The notes beneath the pieces were generated by a model. It searched no databases and was not told where the DNA came from. It worked only from the letters and a program-made list of their open reading frames with translations. A stretch of 53,496 bases of DNA from an uncultured Bacillales bacterium (GTDB lineage Bacteria > Bacillota_I > Bacilli_A > RFN20 > CAG-826). Each line of letters begins with the position of its first letter. Position 1 is the first letter of the stretch. This document shows positions 38,096 to 47,463 of the stretch, one piece after another. Made by a program: the position numbers and the translations under genes. The DNA is taken from positions 1 to 53,496 of the forward strand of contig CAMHJP010000003.1 of assembly GCA_946185585.1 (NCBI GenBank), read 5' to 3'.

Positions 38096-38752
38096 ATGAT
38101 TATATATCATGGCAGTAAGCAAATAATTAAAAAACCAGTTGTAAATGGCTCTGATGAACATAACGATTACGGAGCATCTTTCTATTTAACAACTGATTTA
38201 GAAAGCGCAAAAGTCTGGGCATGTAAACACAACACACTTGGTATTGTGAATGAATACGAAATTAGAAAAACAGAATATGAAAAATTAAAAATATTAAACC
38301 TAACTGATAAAGAAAAGTATTCACCTTTAAATTGGATTGCAATCATTGTTCATTTCCGTAAGTTATCAGGAAAATTTAGAAACGAATATCAGCTATATTT
38401 GGATTGGTTAGAAAAATATTACATTGATATCAGTGAATATGATGTCGTTATTGGATATCGAGCTGATGATGCTTATTTTGCTTTTCCACTTAGCTTTATT
38501 CAAAATCAACTTTCATACGATGACCTTGAGCGAATTTACCGTCTTGGAAATCTCGGTGTGCAACAAGCGTTTATGTCTGAACGAGCGATCAAACTATTAA
38601 AGTTCATTCGAACACGTGAATGCGACGACAGTTATATTGGAAAGTACTATGAAATAGTTCGGGTAGCCGCAAAGGAATTTGAAGATAGTATCAGTGTAGT
38701 AAAAGATCCATATAAGACCTATATCATTAATATGGTTAGAGGTGAAAAATGA
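38096..38752 (+). CDS. DUF3990 family protein (predicted ADP-ribosyltransferase-like fold)
   Basis: YHGS, NDYG.SFYLTT, YDVVIGYRADD and LG.Q..F.S..A...L.F motifs. Confidence 0.8.
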   Translation: MIIYHGSKQIIKKPVVNGSDEHNDYGASFYLTTDLESAKVWACKHNTLGIVNEYEIRKTEYEKLKILNLTDKEKYSPLNWIAIIVHFRKLSGKFRNEYQLYLDWLEKYYIDISEYDVVIGYRADDAYFAFPLSFIQNQLSYDDLERIYRLGNLGVQQAFMSERAIKLLKFIRTRECDDSYIGKYYEIVRVAAKEFEDSISVVKDPYKTYIINMVRGEK

Positions 38753-39360
38753 AAGAAGAGCACTTATATAATTATATCGACATAGTTGAACGTGTTTTAG
38801 CCTACATTTATGTACGTAAAATATTTTTAAGATATGCCGAACACCAAATTTCATATTCACCGTTTTTTCAAGGTTTAGAAAAGGATGATGGTGTTAACAA
38901 CCTCTATCAGATTGGAGAAGAAATCGTTATAGACATGTTTCCGAAAATGTCACACGATTTTTCAGACATCGGCACATATGTTCAAAGTTTGTGGGCTGCT
39001 GAAGTGTTGCTTCGATTGCAGATTTATTCACATTTAACATTCGAAGCAATCTTTATCTACATGCCATTAGATTTAATATATCAATGTTTCTTTGTTTACC
39101 ATGAAATGGATTTTACTCACATGGAAAAGCGATTCGACGAAGAACGAGCAAAAACATCTGTATTAGGATTCTTGTTAAAACGAAGAAAAATTAAAATGTC
39201 TGAGTTGTCCAAAAAATTATCAATCTCGTATCAAACGCTTATCAGTTTAAAAAATCGTCGTCTCGATATTAAAAAGACTTCGTTTGATACGATTTATAAA
39301 CTGGCAACATACTTTAATGTTCGTCCAGAGACAATTGCTGAAATAGAAGTAGATAAATAA
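38749..39360 (+). CDS. DUF3990 partner protein with C-terminal XRE-type HTH
   Basis: ATGA overlap; YHEMD motif; C-terminal ELSKKLSIS...DIKK.....IYKLA HTH. Confidence 0.75.
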   Translation: MKEEHLYNYIDIVERVLAYIYVRKIFLRYAEHQISYSPFFQGLEKDDGVNNLYQIGEEIVIDMFPKMSHDFSDIGTYVQSLWAAEVLLRLQIYSHLTFEAIFIYMPLDLIYQCFFVYHEMDFTHMEKRFDEERAKTSVLGFLLKRRKIKMSELSKKLSISYQTLISLKNRRLDIKKTSFDTIYKLATYFNVRPETIAEIEVDK

Positions 39361-39381
39361 AAAATAGCAAGGATTTGCTAG

Positions 39382-40770
39382 CTATTTTTCTTCATCTATG
39401 TTTTTTGTGTCGGGTTCTACTGGGACTTTTTTCTTTGGAGAAACGTGCGTTATCACATTAACCAAAATTCCAACAAGAAGTGAACAGGCGATGGTTGGTA
39501 ATTCAAATCCATAAAGGTAAATAATCATACCTCCAATACCTGTGACAAGAATTGAGGAAGCAATAAAGATATTTCTTTGATCGTTTAGGTTAACATCTTT
39601 AAGCATTCTAAGACCACTTGAGGCAATATAACCGTATAAGGCGATTGATAACCCTCCAACGATACAGTTTGGGATTGTCTCAAAGAATGTCATTAATGGG
39701 CCAAAGAAAGAAATAGCCATTCCTAAGCATGATGTTACGACGATTGTTATAATTGATGCGTTTTTAGAGAACGCAACACACGAAATTGATTCTCCATATG
39801 TTGTATTTGGACATCCGCCAAAGAAGGCACCAACCATTGAACCAACGCCATCACCAAGTAGTGTGCGGTGGAGTCCCGGATCTTCAAGAAGATCTTTTTG
39901 GATGATAAATGATAAGTTCTTATGGTCAGCAATGTGTTCAGCAAAAACGGCAAATGCTAATGGGACATAAAGTAAGGCGATTGTACCAAAATACTTCCAG
40001 AATGAGCCTGTCTCAGAAAAATCTCTGAAAGCTTGTCCAAGATGGAGGAACGAGAAATCTGGAACCCATCTGATATTTTCAAATGGGGAAAAATCGATAA
40101 TTTTAATTGCGTCTGCTCCAGTTGCGTTTCCGATCACTGTAAGAATTGCTGCAATAATATATCCAACAAAAACACCCACGATTAAAGGAATCAATTTCAT
40201 AAATCCTCTACTATGAGTGGCGATAATAACGATGACAAATAATGTAATTAAGCCTATTAAAATACACACTAGTGGTGAAGCAACAGGAACACCATCTTGA
40301 AGAACATTTCCTGAATAGATATTGTGGATGGCGTTTGGCGCTAGTGTTAAACCAATCAACATCACAATTGGTCCGATAATTACTGGAGGCATTACTTTAG
40401 ACACCCAGTTTGTTCCGGTCTTTTTAACAACAATCGATAAAATGACATAGACTAAACCAGCTAAAGTAGCACCTAAAATAACTCCGAAATAACCAATTGC
40501 TGCTGTTGCAGCACCAGCGAATGCGGAAAACATTGAACCAAGGTATGTAAAAGAAGATCCAAGGAAGACAGGAGATTTAAACTTTGTAATCGCTAAATAA
40601 ACTAAGGTTCCAATGCTTGCACCAAAAAGAGCAGCACTTTGGCTCAATCCATTTCCAATAATTAATGGAAGTGTGATTGTTCCAGCAATAATTGCTAATA
40701 ACTGTTGAAGTGCGAATACGATTAATCGTCCTACTGATGGGCGATCTTTGACCTGATACAACATTTGCAT
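39382..40770 (-). CDS. uraA: Uracil/xanthine permease (NCS2; UraA/PyrP-like)
   Basis: PVFLGSSF, EHIADH, GDG and PNTTYGES motifs. Confidence 0.9.
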   Translation of the reverse strand: MQMLYQVKDRPSVGRLIVFALQQLLAIIAGTITLPLIIGNGLSQSAALFGASIGTLVYLAITKFKSPVFLGSSFTYLGSMFSAFAGAATAAIGYFGVILGATLAGLVYVILSIVVKKTGTNWVSKVMPPVIIGPIVMLIGLTLAPNAIHNIYSGNVLQDGVPVASPLVCILIGLITLFVIVIIATHSRGFMKLIPLIVGVFVGYIIAAILTVIGNATGADAIKIIDFSPFENIRWVPDFSFLHLGQAFRDFSETGSFWKYFGTIALLYVPLAFAVFAEHIADHKNLSFIIQKDLLEDPGLHRTLLGDGVGSMVGAFFGGCPNTTYGESISCVAFSKNASIITIVVTSCLGMAISFFGPLMTFFETIPNCIVGGLSIALYGYIASSGLRMLKDVNLNDQRNIFIASSILVTGIGGMIIYLYGFELPTIACSLLVGILVNVITHVSPKKKVPVEPDTKNIDEEK

Positions 40771-40811
40771 AACGAAAAAGATTATATCACTCGGTAGATA
40801 ATTATCTAATA

Positions 40812-41540
40812 CTAAATATGAAGTTGGGAGAAGACCTCTCCAACTGGTTCGTTAATTTCTAATGAGACTGAGTCAGCTAGATATAGTGGTTCTTTATTAA
40901 TCACAACGATATGTTTACCACGGAAATAGTTTACTAATCCTGCGGCAGGATAAACTCTTAATGAGGTGCCAGCAATGATTAGAAGGTCAGCATTTGAAAT
41001 AGCCTCGATTGATTGATGCAACACATCTTGGTCTAATCCTTCTTCATATAAGACAACATCTGGCTTGATTAATCCTCCACATTTTGGACAATATGGAGTG
41101 CCTTTTAATTTCATAATGTCATCCAGCGAATAATGCTCTCCACAACGTAAACAAGTGTTGCGGTGAATTGATCCGTGAAGCTCTAAAACATTCTTACTTC
41201 CAGCAAGTTGGTGAAGACCATCAATATTCTGCGTTATAACCGTCAATTCTCGGTTATTTTCGAGTTTTGCAAGGAATTTATGAGCGGCGTTTGGCTTCAC
41301 ACCTTTTGGGACCATGAACTCTTTGTAGAACTCATAAAAAGTATCTGTATGCGAGAAGAAATAAGTATGTGAAAGCATCTCTTCATAACTTGTTCCGTAC
41401 TTGCTATGGAGATGATACAAACCATCTTTACTACGGAAGTCTTTGATCCCACTTTCCGTAGATACTCCAGCGCCACCAAAGAAAACAATTCTTCTGGACG
41501 AATTAATCAACCGTTGTAAAGTTTGTATCTTATCGTTCAT
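40812..41540 (-). CDS. cobB: NAD-dependent protein deacylase (sirtuin)
   Basis: GAGVSTESGIKDFR, TQNIDGLH, HGS, Zn-binding CxxC pairs, KPDVVLY and GTSL motifs. Confidence 0.93.
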   Translation of the reverse strand: MNDKIQTLQRLINSSRRIVFFGGAGVSTESGIKDFRSKDGLYHLHSKYGTSYEEMLSHTYFFSHTDTFYEFYKEFMVPKGVKPNAAHKFLAKLENNRELTVITQNIDGLHQLAGSKNVLELHGSIHRNTCLRCGEHYSLDDIMKLKGTPYCPKCGGLIKPDVVLYEEGLDQDVLHQSIEAISNADLLIIAGTSLRVYPAAGLVNYFRGKHIVVINKEPLYLADSVSLEINEPVGEVFSQLHI

Positions 41541-41592
41541 AAATTAATTATTAATCAAACTAGAAAAGAATGAAAATTGATTATTAAGAAGT

Positions 41593-41614
41593 GTGTTTAA
41601 TAATTATTAAACAC
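41593..41614. promoter_or_regulatory. Perfect 22-bp palindrome between divergent genes
   Basis: gtgtttaataattattaaacac is its own reverse complement. Confidence 0.5.
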
Positions 41615-41661
41615 TCTTTTTTGTTGTTTTAAAGCTCCAGATTTCATGTAAAAATAGAGAC

Positions 41662-43743
41662 ATGATTACCAAAACCGTTATTAAAGATTATGTCTCCAAA
41701 AAATGTCCTTATTTAGTGAAAATGGAGCTAGAGGACAAAACCTTAGTCCAACTTTTAGAGAACTCAATTGATTCTCGAAAGAAGTATCAAGAACTCGCCG
41801 AGCAAGAAAAAGAAATCAGTGTTGAAGGAGGCGATGAAGACGAAGGTTTTAACTTGGTTGAGATTCTTCGCGACTATCCTCATTTAACTAAAATAATTAA
41901 GAAATACGAGAGAAATCTACCGAAAAACGCGGTTGAACAGTTAATTGAACAATATAATGACGATCAAATTGTTTCAAAGCTTTCTCGCACATATTTCGAA
42001 AATAAATATGGAAAAGAAAACTGTCGTCGTTGTGATGTTAATGAAGATGGAGAGGACTTCTATAATCAATCAGCAGTGGTTCATCTAACAAACAAATACC
42101 TCAATGATTCAAACGTAAAAGTAATCTTCGAAGGCCAGATTGAATTAAATGATCTTAGAGCACGTTTTGACGTATTAATTAAAAATGATGATGGTTCGTT
42201 TGATATTGTTGAAGTCAAAGGAACAAATGACGTCTTTAAACATCCAAAGAAAGCTCCAGAGATTGATACAGCGATTAAAGACAAATACCTTTATGACTTA
42301 TTATTCCAATATCACATCTATCTCAAAGTCCATCCAAATATCCGTAGTCTCTTTTACATGTTCACAAACCGTGAATATGAATTAAAAGAACATACATATC
42401 CAACAAGTAATAATGAGTTAAATGATCTGTTTATCTTGAAAGACTTTATTAACCTGAAAGATGGAACGATCTCATTAAGAGAATATTTCGATGGCGACTA
42501 TTATATTGATGAGTCTTTATCTGACGAAGAGAGAGAAGAAGTATCGATTGAAGGTATTATTGATAAGATCCATCAAATTGAGAAACAAACAAAAGTCGTT
42601 CCTCAAATGTCTTACTTCTGTCGAAAAGGTCCAGCATGCCCATTTATTTCGATGTGCTTTGGAGAAGAAGCAGAACAACCTAATTCTATCTTTAAACTAA
42701 CAAATTGGGGCTCATATGGAGGATATTTTGGAAGAACTTATCGAATCATTAATGATGGAATCTCCAAAATCTCCGATATTAATCCTGAGCTATACGAATT
42801 TAGTGAATTTAAAAGAAATGGCGAAAGAAGTAACGCCTACTCACAAATTCAATATCAAAAAGGCGCAATCAAAGAAAAATATCTTTTGGATATGAAGAAA
42901 ATCGAAGAAATTATTAAAAGAGATTATTTAAATGACCAAATTGATTATCTTTTGTTCTTTGATTTCGAATCTTTCCAATATCCAATTCCTTTAGTTGATC
43001 ATGTTGGTCCATGGAAACAAGTTGTTTCTCAATATTCGATGCATATCGTTAAAAAAGGTTACGATCTTGGTAAACATGATTTTGCTAAAGGTAGTGGTGG
43101 TTTATGTCAGCATTATGAGTTTATTGCTAATCCTGACGAAACGAAATATGAAAACCCATCGGTTGCTTTATATCAAACACTCAAGAGTCAGCTAGAAGAA
43201 TTTGGTATCGATCCATTTGTCAAGAACTATCGAGTCGTTGTTTTTAATCAAAACTTTGAAAAAACACGAATGAAAGAATTCAACGAAGATTTTGCTACTA
43301 TGGCAGACTTTGATTTGCTGCAATTTGTTCGTAATTTTAACGAAAATGTTGTTGATTTGCTGGATTTTTTCACTTCTGGAGGAATGTATTGTCGAGACTT
43401 TAATGGACGCGGATCTTTAAAAGTTGTTCAACCAACATTAGCTGATGATGAAGATGTTAAAGAGTTCTACAAAAAACGTTTGCCATTCGATCTAGGATAC
43501 TCACTTGATTACCACAAAGGCGACAAGTGCCTCGTTTATAATGGTGGGATTTGCTTAGACTTATATAAATCTTTATTAGTACGTAGTCATTTAGGTGAAG
43601 AAAACCCAAAATTAAAAACCAAAGATTTACTTGCTGAAGCTCTTGCTTATTGCAAGATCGATTCGTGGGGAACTGTAATTATTTATGACATCCTTAAGAA
43701 CGTGTATTTAGGCACTTTAAAATTGGATGCTAAAATAATTTAA
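41662..43743 (+). CDS. DUF2779-domain protein: Cas4/RecB-like PD-(D/E)xK nuclease plus RNase H-like domain
   Basis: FEG...RFDVL...IVEVK motif; DLLFQ; Cys cluster; FDFES, N..FEK, DL, SLK.V and YC..D motifs. Confidence 0.75.
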   Translation: MITKTVIKDYVSKKCPYLVKMELEDKTLVQLLENSIDSRKKYQELAEQEKEISVEGGDEDEGFNLVEILRDYPHLTKIIKKYERNLPKNAVEQLIEQYNDDQIVSKLSRTYFENKYGKENCRRCDVNEDGEDFYNQSAVVHLTNKYLNDSNVKVIFEGQIELNDLRARFDVLIKNDDGSFDIVEVKGTNDVFKHPKKAPEIDTAIKDKYLYDLLFQYHIYLKVHPNIRSLFYMFTNREYELKEHTYPTSNNELNDLFILKDFINLKDGTISLREYFDGDYYIDESLSDEEREEVSIEGIIDKIHQIEKQTKVVPQMSYFCRKGPACPFISMCFGEEAEQPNSIFKLTNWGSYGGYFGRTYRIINDGISKISDINPELYEFSEFKRNGERSNAYSQIQYQKGAIKEKYLLDMKKIEEIIKRDYLNDQIDYLLFFDFESFQYPIPLVDHVGPWKQVVSQYSMHIVKKGYDLGKHDFAKGSGGLCQHYEFIANPDETKYENPSVALYQTLKSQLEEFGIDPFVKNYRVVVFNQNFEKTRMKEFNEDFATMADFDLLQFVRNFNENVVDLLDFFTSGGMYCRDFNGRGSLKVVQPTLADDEDVKEFYKKRLPFDLGYSLDYHKGDKCLVYNGGICLDLYKSLLVRSHLGEENPKLKTKDLLAEALAYCKIDSWGTVIIYDILKNVYLGTLKLDAKII

Positions 43744-43762
43744 AAAAAGTTAATCTTCATTA

Positions 43763-43808
43763 AAAAACCAGCAATTCTTGGATAAACAATCAGAGAATGC
43801 TGGATTTT
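43763..43808. terminator. Hairpin between convergent genes, probable bidirectional terminator
   Basis: ccagcaattct...agaatgctgg with flanking A/T tracts. Confidence 0.6.
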
Positions 43809-43817
43809 AATTTTCGT

Positions 43818-44273
43818 TTATATGATGTCCATCGAGAGTTTTTTATCTAACCCAGAGACAATCTTATAAATCATTTTAATTGATGGGTTAGCGTTACCCT
43901 TTTCAATTTTAGATAAATCGGATTGATCGATTCCAACTTTTGTAGCAAGTTCATCCTGTGAGAGATTTAGTTCAAGTCTTTTTTGTTTGATTTTATATCC
44001 AATGATGGCGTTCTCGATGTCATCATATTCGCTGGTCACATCGATTCCGTCATAATATGGGTCTTCAGTCGAAACATCGAGTTCATCGTTCCATTGAACA
44101 GTGCTCCATCCAAGAAGATGTCCCTTCAGGAAAAGCTCACGATTTTTTAAAGCATTCAGTTGTGGGAATTTTTTTGCAAGTGAAAGGATGTCGTATCTTT
44201 TCACAGATCCGTCTAAATAGTAAACATCGAATGTTGTTCCTTCTTTAAGAACCAGTTTAATTGCAGTAATCAT
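43818..44273 (-). CDS. DUF2442 putative antitoxin fused to XRE HTH
   Basis: Y.DG..KRYD...L...LF......V.W.D..D pattern; C-terminal LSQDELA..VGI.QS.LSKIEKG.ANP. Confidence 0.8.
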   Translation of the reverse strand: MITAIKLVLKEGTTFDVYYLDGSVKRYDILSLAKKFPQLNALKNRELFLKGHLLGWSTVQWNDELDVSTEDPYYDGIDVTSEYDDIENAIIGYKIKQKRLELNLSQDELATKVGIDQSDLSKIEKGNANPSIKMIYKIVSGLDKKLSMDII

Positions 44274-44275
44274 AA

Positions 44276-44530
44276 TTATTCAATAGGTGGGAGTTTGCGA
44301 TATGTTTCCGTTTCCCACATCTCCAATAGTTCCTTCTTATATTTTAAAACAAATTTTTTAACAAGGGCAGCTCCAGTGCTAGGAAAGCTTCCGTTCATAA
44401 TCTCTCCATTAGAGATATAAAATGATGCATCATATTCTCCATAATAGGCGTGAATATGTGGTGGGTTATGTTCCTTGCTGGTAAGTCTCATAACAATTAA
44501 TATTCCATAGAATTGACAGATAGTCGGCAT
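44276..44530 (-). CDS. DUF4160 putative toxin (HicA-like)
   Basis: MPTICQFYGI...EHNPPHIHA.YG...ELLEMW; start moved to MPTI (RBS ggagg). Confidence 0.88.
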   Translation of the reverse strand: MPTICQFYGILIVMRLTSKEHNPPHIHAYYGEYDASFYISNGEIMNGSFPSTGAALVKKFVLKYKKELLEMWETETYRKLPPIE

Positions 44531-44549
44531 AGGTTTATCCTCCATCAAT

Positions 44550-44604
44550 ATTATAGGGTATTTATCCCCTAATGTAAATATAAAATATGGAATATTTACC
44601 CTAA
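44550..44604 (-). promoter_or_regulatory. Promoter with operator repeats for the DUF4160-DUF2442 pair
   Basis: TTTACA (44578)-17-TATAAT (44555) on the minus strand; palindrome taggg-N8-cccta in the spacer and a second related site ending taccctaa further upstream. Confidence 0.7.
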
Positions 44605-44708
44605 TTTGAAATCTACTGATACCGTTTGTTAAAAAATGTAGGTTTGTTAAATCAAAACCATTAGACTAATATAGTTATTAAATCTGAGTCATATAAGGAA
44701 ATGCTCTT

Positions 44709-45662
44709 ATGAAAAAAGAAATTGCGATCGGTGTTGATATTGGAGGCACTTCCATTAAAGGTGCTGCAGTCACTAGTGAAGGCGAAGTTTTAGATGTCTT
44801 TGCTTTTGATGTAGATAAAGAGAAAAACCAAGAAGAAATCATCTATCAATTAATCGATGAAATTAAAAAATATACCGCAATTCACGGTTATAATAAGGAA
44901 AATCTCCTCGGAATTGGTGTTGGAATTCCAGGAACGATTGATACTGTCAATGGAGAGGTTATCTATTCCAATAACTTGAGATGGAATCATCTTCCAATTC
45001 GAAAAATGATGGAAGAAGGTACTGGCTTTGAAGTCCGTATCATTAACGATGCCAAAGCTGCTACATTAGCTGAAAACAAGTTTGGTGCAGGTAAGAAACA
45101 CAAAGACTTTGTTTTGATTACTCTAGGTACAGGAGTTGGTAGTGGGATTATCACGAACAACAAACTCTTAACTGGTAACAAAGGTTATGGAGCTGAACTA
45201 GGTCACATCATGCTTCGACTAGATGGAGAACCATGTACCTGTGGACGTAGTGGTTGTTTTGAAGCGTATGCTTCTGCAACCGCACTAAATAGAGATACCA
45301 AACGTATGATGAATCAACATCAAGACTCCTTGATGTGGAAAAAACTAGAAGAATATGGATGTCTGAGCGCTAAAGTAGCTTTTGATGCTGCTAAAGAAGG
45401 CGATAAATATGCTTTAGAAGTAGTTGACAACTACTGTATGTATCTAGCAGAAGGATTATTAGATATCTGTAACGCCTTCCGTCCAGAAGTTATCGTTCTT
45501 TCTGGAGGAATTGCTAAAGCGGGAGATTTTCTCCTCTCTAAAGTGGTTAAACACTGTGAAAAATACCATTATGGTTATGATGGATTACCAAAGGTAGAGA
45601 TTAAAATCTCCGAACTTGGTTACGATACCGGAAAAATTGGGGCTGCTGCTCTGTTTTTCTAA
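44709..45662 (+). CDS. ROK family sugar kinase (glucokinase-like)
   Basis: DIGGT, IPG, ND, GTGVGSG, ELGH and CTCGRSGCFE motifs; no N-terminal HTH. Confidence 0.92.
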   Translation: MKKEIAIGVDIGGTSIKGAAVTSEGEVLDVFAFDVDKEKNQEEIIYQLIDEIKKYTAIHGYNKENLLGIGVGIPGTIDTVNGEVIYSNNLRWNHLPIRKMMEEGTGFEVRIINDAKAATLAENKFGAGKKHKDFVLITLGTGVGSGIITNNKLLTGNKGYGAELGHIMLRLDGEPCTCGRSGCFEAYASATALNRDTKRMMNQHQDSLMWKKLEEYGCLSAKVAFDAAKEGDKYALEVVDNYCMYLAEGLLDICNAFRPEVIVLSGGIAKAGDFLLSKVVKHCEKYHYGYDGLPKVEIKISELGYDTGKIGAAALFF

Positions 45663-45690
45663 GAGAATTGACTTCTTATTCGAAGTAATG

Positions 45691-45715
45691 AACACACCAT
45701 TTTTGGTGTGTTTTT
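45691..45715 (+). terminator. Intrinsic terminator
   Basis: aacacacca-tttt-tggtgtgtt plus T-tract. Confidence 0.8.
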
Positions 45716-45728
45716 ATTTGAAAAACTG

Positions 45729-45758
45729 ATGTAGTAAAATGTAGTAAAATGTAGTAAA
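45729..45758 (+). repeat. Perfect tandem repeat (ATGTAGTAAA)x3
   Basis: Three exact 10-bp copies between the terminator and the RBS (gaggag) of the ATPase gene. Confidence 0.9.
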
Positions 45759-45780
45759 CAAAGAGAGGAGAAATGTCAAA

Positions 45781-47463
45781 ATGGATCTCAAAGGTAGCAT
45801 CGTTATCAAAAAAAATCGAGGGAAAATGTACTATGTTCACCAGTATCGCGAAGGAAGTAAAGTTGTTAATCGTTCACTGAGTGAAAATAAAGCGTATGAA
45901 CTAGCTTTCCAACTCGAATATAGTAAGCATGATAATTATGAAGAATTCAAAAATCACCAATTCGAAACCGATGTTCAATTTGGAATGAATCTTTTCTATC
46001 TCTTTGAAAAGTCTCGTAACTATAACAAGAGATATTGTTTTAAAACAATTCAATCATTTCTATATGATGAAAATGTCTATGGAAAAGTTCTGGCATTATA
46101 TGGTTTAAGAAGAACTGGTAAGACAACACTGATCTTTCAAAGTCTCGCTTCTCTTTCTTTGACTGACTATGCAAAAGCAGCCTATATTAAGATCTCTCCA
46201 AAAGACACTTTCCGTTCTTTAACGAATGATCTTTCATATCTAACAGAACACGGATTTCAATACATCTTTATTGATGAAGTAACTTTAATTAAGGATTTTA
46301 TTTCTCTATCTTCAACATTATCTGATATTTATGGATTGCGAGCTAAAATCATTCTCTCTGGTACAGATTCACTAAGTTTAATGATGTCGAAATATGATGA
46401 ACTATATGATCGAGTCATCTTCATTCATACAACATATATTTCTTTTAAAGAATTTTCTGAAGTACTAAATAAAAATTCGATTGATGAATATATTGAATAT
46501 GGAGGTTTAATGTCGATTGAATCAAAACCATATCAACAAAACCAAATTTTTAGTATAGAAAGCGTGAATGAATATGTTGATAGTGCCATTGCACATAATA
46601 TTGAGCATTCTTTGAAATATTATCAGGATGGTGACCATTTTGGAGCGCTCTATCCTCTATATGAAAAGCATGAGCTCACCAATGTCATCAATCGACTGAT
46701 TGAAGATAGTAACCATCGATTCGCCATCTCCGTCATTGAACAATCATTTAAATCTCATGACTATGGATCTTTAAAGAATCTTGTTTTGAAACATCCAGAT
46801 CCACAATACCAATCATCATTAGATGAAGTTGATGAAAAGAAAGTTATTTCTTTACTGATGGATGAACTTTCTATCATCAACAAAGAAAAACAAAGTCAAA
46901 AGGTTGATGAACATGTTCTTAGTGAAATTGATTCCTATCTCGATCTTCTTGATTTATGTAAAGAAATTGATGTTGTAAGAATCCCATCATTCTATGTTGA
47001 AAAAAGAAAACTCTTTATTCAGCCAGGATTACGATATTCCCAAGCTAAATCACTTTTAGAGATTTTATTTAAACAACCAAAGGTTTTAGAACTTCCAATT
47101 AAGATTCGCTTATTCCTTAAAGAGAAATTACTAAGTGACATCAAAGGAAGAATGTTAGAAGAAATTGTTGTCTATCAAACCCTTCAATCCGGGATTGATG
47201 CCTTTAAAGTGATGTTTCCAATCGGAGTAATCGATCTTGTTTCTTTAGATAATCAAAAACAAGAAACATCACTTTATGAAGTTAGATATTCAACTGAAAC
47301 CAATCCTCGACAATCTGTCTTTTTGCATGATGAAGAAAAACTATCTACCATTGAAAGAGCGTATTATCCAATCGTTAAAAAAGCGGTCTTATATCGAGGA
47401 GAGACCAAACGTATTGACGACATTGACTACATTAATGTTGAAGAATATTTAAAATCTCTTTAA
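45781..47463 (+). CDS. AAA_14-type ATPase with C-terminal restriction-endonuclease-like (DUF4143-like) domain
   Basis: GLRRTGKT, IFIDEV, LSGT and EYIEYGG motifs; C-terminal IDLV...EVR. Confidence 0.78.
   Translation: MDLKGSIVIKKNRGKMYYVHQYREGSKVVNRSLSENKAYELAFQLEYSKHDNYEEFKNHQFETDVQFGMNLFYLFEKSRNYNKRYCFKTIQSFLYDENVYGKVLALYGLRRTGKTTLIFQSLASLSLTDYAKAAYIKISPKDTFRSLTNDLSYLTEHGFQYIFIDEVTLIKDFISLSSTLSDIYGLRAKIILSGTDSLSLMMSKYDELYDRVIFIHTTYISFKEFSEVLNKNSIDEYIEYGGLMSIESKPYQQNQIFSIESVNEYVDSAIAHNIEHSLKYYQDGDHFGALYPLYEKHELTNVINRLIEDSNHRFAISVIEQSFKSHDYGSLKNLVLKHPDPQYQSSLDEVDEKKVISLLMDELSIINKEKQSQKVDEHVLSEIDSYLDLLDLCKEIDVVRIPSFYVEKRKLFIQPGLRYSQAKSLLEILFKQPKVLELPIKIRLFLKEKLLSDIKGRMLEEIVVYQTLQSGIDAFKVMFPIGVIDLVSLDNQKQETSLYEVRYSTETNPRQSVFLHDEEKLSTIERAYYPIVKKAVLYRGETKRIDDIDYINVEEYLKSL

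Noticed and set aside
40812-41540. Sirtuin as an anti-phage NADase (Thoeris/DSR-type) paired with the DUF2779 nuclease
   Set aside because: It is a compact canonical CobB-type deacylase with Zn ribbon and is transcribed away from the nuclease gene.
44624-44660. GTTTGTTAAA direct repeat upstream of the ROK kinase as a XylR/ROK operator
   Set aside because: Short and AT-rich; only loosely similar to known operators, and the ROK protein has no DNA-binding domain.
45729-45758. Possible CRISPR array or replication iterons
   Set aside because: 10-bp units without spacers; no cas or rep genes. No CRISPR array, tRNA or rRNA was seen anywhere in the window.
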